From the human T2T-CHM13v2.0 reference genome, Homo sapiens, in the NCBI RefSeq assembly GCF_009914755.1, contig NC_060947.1: a stretch of 64,000 bases of DNA. One strand, given 5' to 3'. The notes beneath the pieces are model-generated. The model ran no database searches. It was not told where the DNA came from and was given only the letters and a program-made list of their open reading frames with translations. A program made the position numbers and the translations under genes. Below are positions 61,600-64,000 of this stretch, piece by piece. Positions within the stretch are counted from its first letter, which is position 1. Each line of letters starts with the position of its first letter.

Positions 61600-62430
61600 A
61601 TGAAACTGAAGCAGCCCCTGGTGTCAGGTCGGAAGCCCCACCTCTCTGAGTTCTGGGTTCACAAGACACAGTCATAAACAGGAAGCATTTCCACCGCGCC
61701 TAGCGGGAAGGCAGGCGGGGCTGCTGGATGGATTCAAGTCTGAAAAATAAAGAGGGGCTGGGTAGGTGCTTGAGGCCACCTCAGTCACAGAGCTCTCGCC
61801 CTGCAGGGGGTTCCAGCTGTCATTTAGATGGACTCGGCAGTTAGGTGACGTCAGGGCCGTTATGATGTTCAGCTCAGTTAGCAGGCAAAGAACAGGGCAG
61901 GCTGACAGCCCCTATCCATCCCTGGGGTGTGGGGATAGCTAGGCATTGTGGGCATCCAGATATGTTGGGAGTGAGGGTAACCCCAACCCCCAAAGCCCTG
62001 ACTGAGTCTTCAATGGCAGGTACCTGGCTCCCAGCCTAGAGAGAAGGGGAAAGGCCAATGGCACCATGCCAATACCAAGAAAGGCTGTCCCAAAGTCAAG
62101 CCTCCAGAAAAAGTCTTCCTGGAGTAACAAAACACAGGAAAAATGAATTTCCCGGTCCAGCCCGACAGTTCCTAGAACTACGCCTCTCCGGAAGTAATGC
62201 TTCCGGGAGGGCTCTGCTCACACCCACCAAGGGCCAGGCAAGTCTTGTAGGCTGAAGTGAAGAAGATGGGCATCACAGGGCGAGCTGGCAGGGACCCCTT
62301 CTGAAGGGAACTTCCCACAATGGACCGTCGGACTCAAGTTCTACCACCGCCTCTGGTCTAATTCCATCCAATCAGAATGATCCAGGTTTGCTATCGGCGC
62401 CTTCCTGAAACTACTCAGAGCGCAGAAATC
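61600..62430. promoter_or_regulatory. Promoter/enhancer-like motif cluster
   Basis: CRE tgacgtca 61846-61853, ttcctagaa 62169-62177, inverted ETS pair 62188-62206, CCAAT 62368-62372. Confidence 0.45.
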
Positions 62431-62469
62431 AGAGAATCAGAACTGCAAATGACTTTAAGCATGGCTAGG

Positions 62470-63235
62470 CTGGTGTTTCCTGAAGCGTGTATTGTGAGAT
62501 CCAGTCGTATGAACAAAGGCATTCCTTGGTCAGGAAACTTTGGGAAACACTTCGTGGTAGAGCACCTTGATGTCCCCAATTCTTTACCCCTCCCGGAATC
62601 CACGCCCTTTGCCACAGAACTTTGCAATGCACTCCTGTCGTGGGCGGGGTGACCTGCTCCACCCCTTGACACTGCCTTGTGATTTGACCAACAGGATGCA
62701 AACAAGCATGAGGGAAGCAGAGGCTTGCAGTGAGCTGGGACTCTAGGACTGGTTCTCTTGAGCGTCTGCCATCACCAGGACTGCACGCCAAGGTGGCCTG
62801 CTGGAGGCTGATAGACAGGTGGAACAGAGCAGACCTGCCCTAGTCATCCCAACCAGAACCAACTGAGATGGACCTCCGGCCACATGAGCATACCTCGCCA
62901 AGAGCTGTAGAGCTGCCCACACAAACCCCAGGTGACTCCAGACACAGGAGCACTAATTATGCATTGTTGAAGGTCCTGCCATTTGTGGTTGTTTTGCAGC
63001 ATTGTTGAAGCAAAAGACAACTGAGACAACACTGCATACCATTATCTTCCTTGAGGAGAGTCACAATCCACATGAGCATATTAAAGGTCCTGAGAAGACC
63101 TGTAGTAGAGAAACCTGTTCAACTCTGCTCAACCCAGCATTTCCCAAACCGATTTGCTCTCGGAACCCTCTTTTCCCTAGTAATGCCTTAAAGAAGTAGT
63201 TAGTGTTCAGATGAATGCGCAGCAGGGAACACTAA
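62470..63235. mobile_element. hAT-Charlie-like DNA transposon remnant split by an MLT1
   Basis: tttgggaaacact|gcatacc rejoins; ttaaaggtcctgagaagacctgtagtagagaaacctg...cagcatttcccaaac. Confidence 0.6.
62552..63028 (+). mobile_element. MaLR solo LTR (MLT1G/H-like)
   Basis: gtggtag...ccccaattctttacccctccc...caactgagaca; TSD acact. Confidence 0.75.
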
Positions 63236-63424
63236 TGAAGACCCACCCTTCATTTTATAAGTGAGGATACAAGACCCAGAAAGGGAGCTGTGGTGGCTTC
63301 TGGGCCACAATTTCTTTTCCTTGGTGATGTTGCCATTTGCTCTAAGCAACATGGCTATCTCCGTTTACTGTATTGAGTTTTGAACCACACAACTTTGCAT
63401 TTGACTATTTGCCATATGGTATCT

Positions 63425-63790
63425 TCTAATTCAACAAGAACTTTTTATTGAGTACCTACTGTGCTATGCAAGGAACTGTGCTGGGCACCAGGGACACCAG
63501 GAGAAAACATCATACTTACCCTCCAGCAGCTCACAGTCTAGTGGCAGAGGAAGGCAAAGAAAAAGATGGTGACAATCTAACATGAGAAGCGCTGTGATGG
63601 GAAGCTTTGGATGGTGTGGGGCACAAAGGATGGGGAGGTTACGCATATCAGAGAAAGCTTCATGGAGGAGGCAACATCTGAACTGCGTCGTGAAGAATGA
63701 GTAGGAGTCACCTACATGAGAAGGATGGGATAGGAGGAGACAGGGTAAGGTGGAGCCATGGGGGAAGATGCTGGAGGCATTGGGAGTAAA
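63425..63790 (-). mobile_element. L2 3' fragment
   Basis: ttattgagtacctactgtg...gctcacagtctagtgg...gaaagcttcatggaggagg. Confidence 0.8.
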
Positions 63791-63807
63791 AGCTTAAGTG
63801 AGCAGAG

Positions 63808-64000
63808 CTGTTAGGGATCAGGGGTCAGTTGCAGAGAATAAAATCCACTCCAGCTAGTTGAAATAGACAGGGATTCCTTGTGGGGTATTAAGGGGATAAC
63901 AGGATTATTTGGAGAGCTAAAGAGGCCCACATGATGCTGAAAGTCCCCCACAGCCACACCCACAGAACTGAGCTGCCAGCACCAGGGAGCCCTGACACAA
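63808..64000 (-). mobile_element. Old MaLR LTR fragment (MLT1K-like)
   Basis: cagttgcagagaataaaatccactccagctagttgaa. Confidence 0.45.

Overview
Primate genomic DNA; a young AluY points to human/catarrhine origin. The window looks intergenic or intronic. I recognise no protein-coding gene, processed pseudogene, tRNA, rRNA or CRISPR array, and the ORF track is explained by Alu/LTR/L2 sequence, low-complexity DNA or chance. Interspersed repeats dominate: about 39 Alu/FLAM/FRAM elements (many with readable target-site duplications, TSDs), MaLR (MLT1/MST) and ERVL LTRs, old L1M and L2 fragments, MIRs, one Tigger4-type element and hAT-like remnants, with several nested insertions. Signals the repeats do not explain: (i) a perfect 35-bp inverted repeat at 40657-40752 with an adjacent degenerate direct copy, and a smaller structure of the same design at 37980-38019; (ii) two promoter-like motif clusters (about 29.6-30.05 kb and 61.6-62.4 kb); (iii) 15 consecutive plus-strand Alus over 8-27 kb plus several minus-strand exon-like segments, hinting at a spliced minus-strand non-coding transcript. 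I found no solid evidence for a novel multi-gene system. Subfamily names come from recalled consensus motifs, not a database search, and boundaries of old repeats are approximate.
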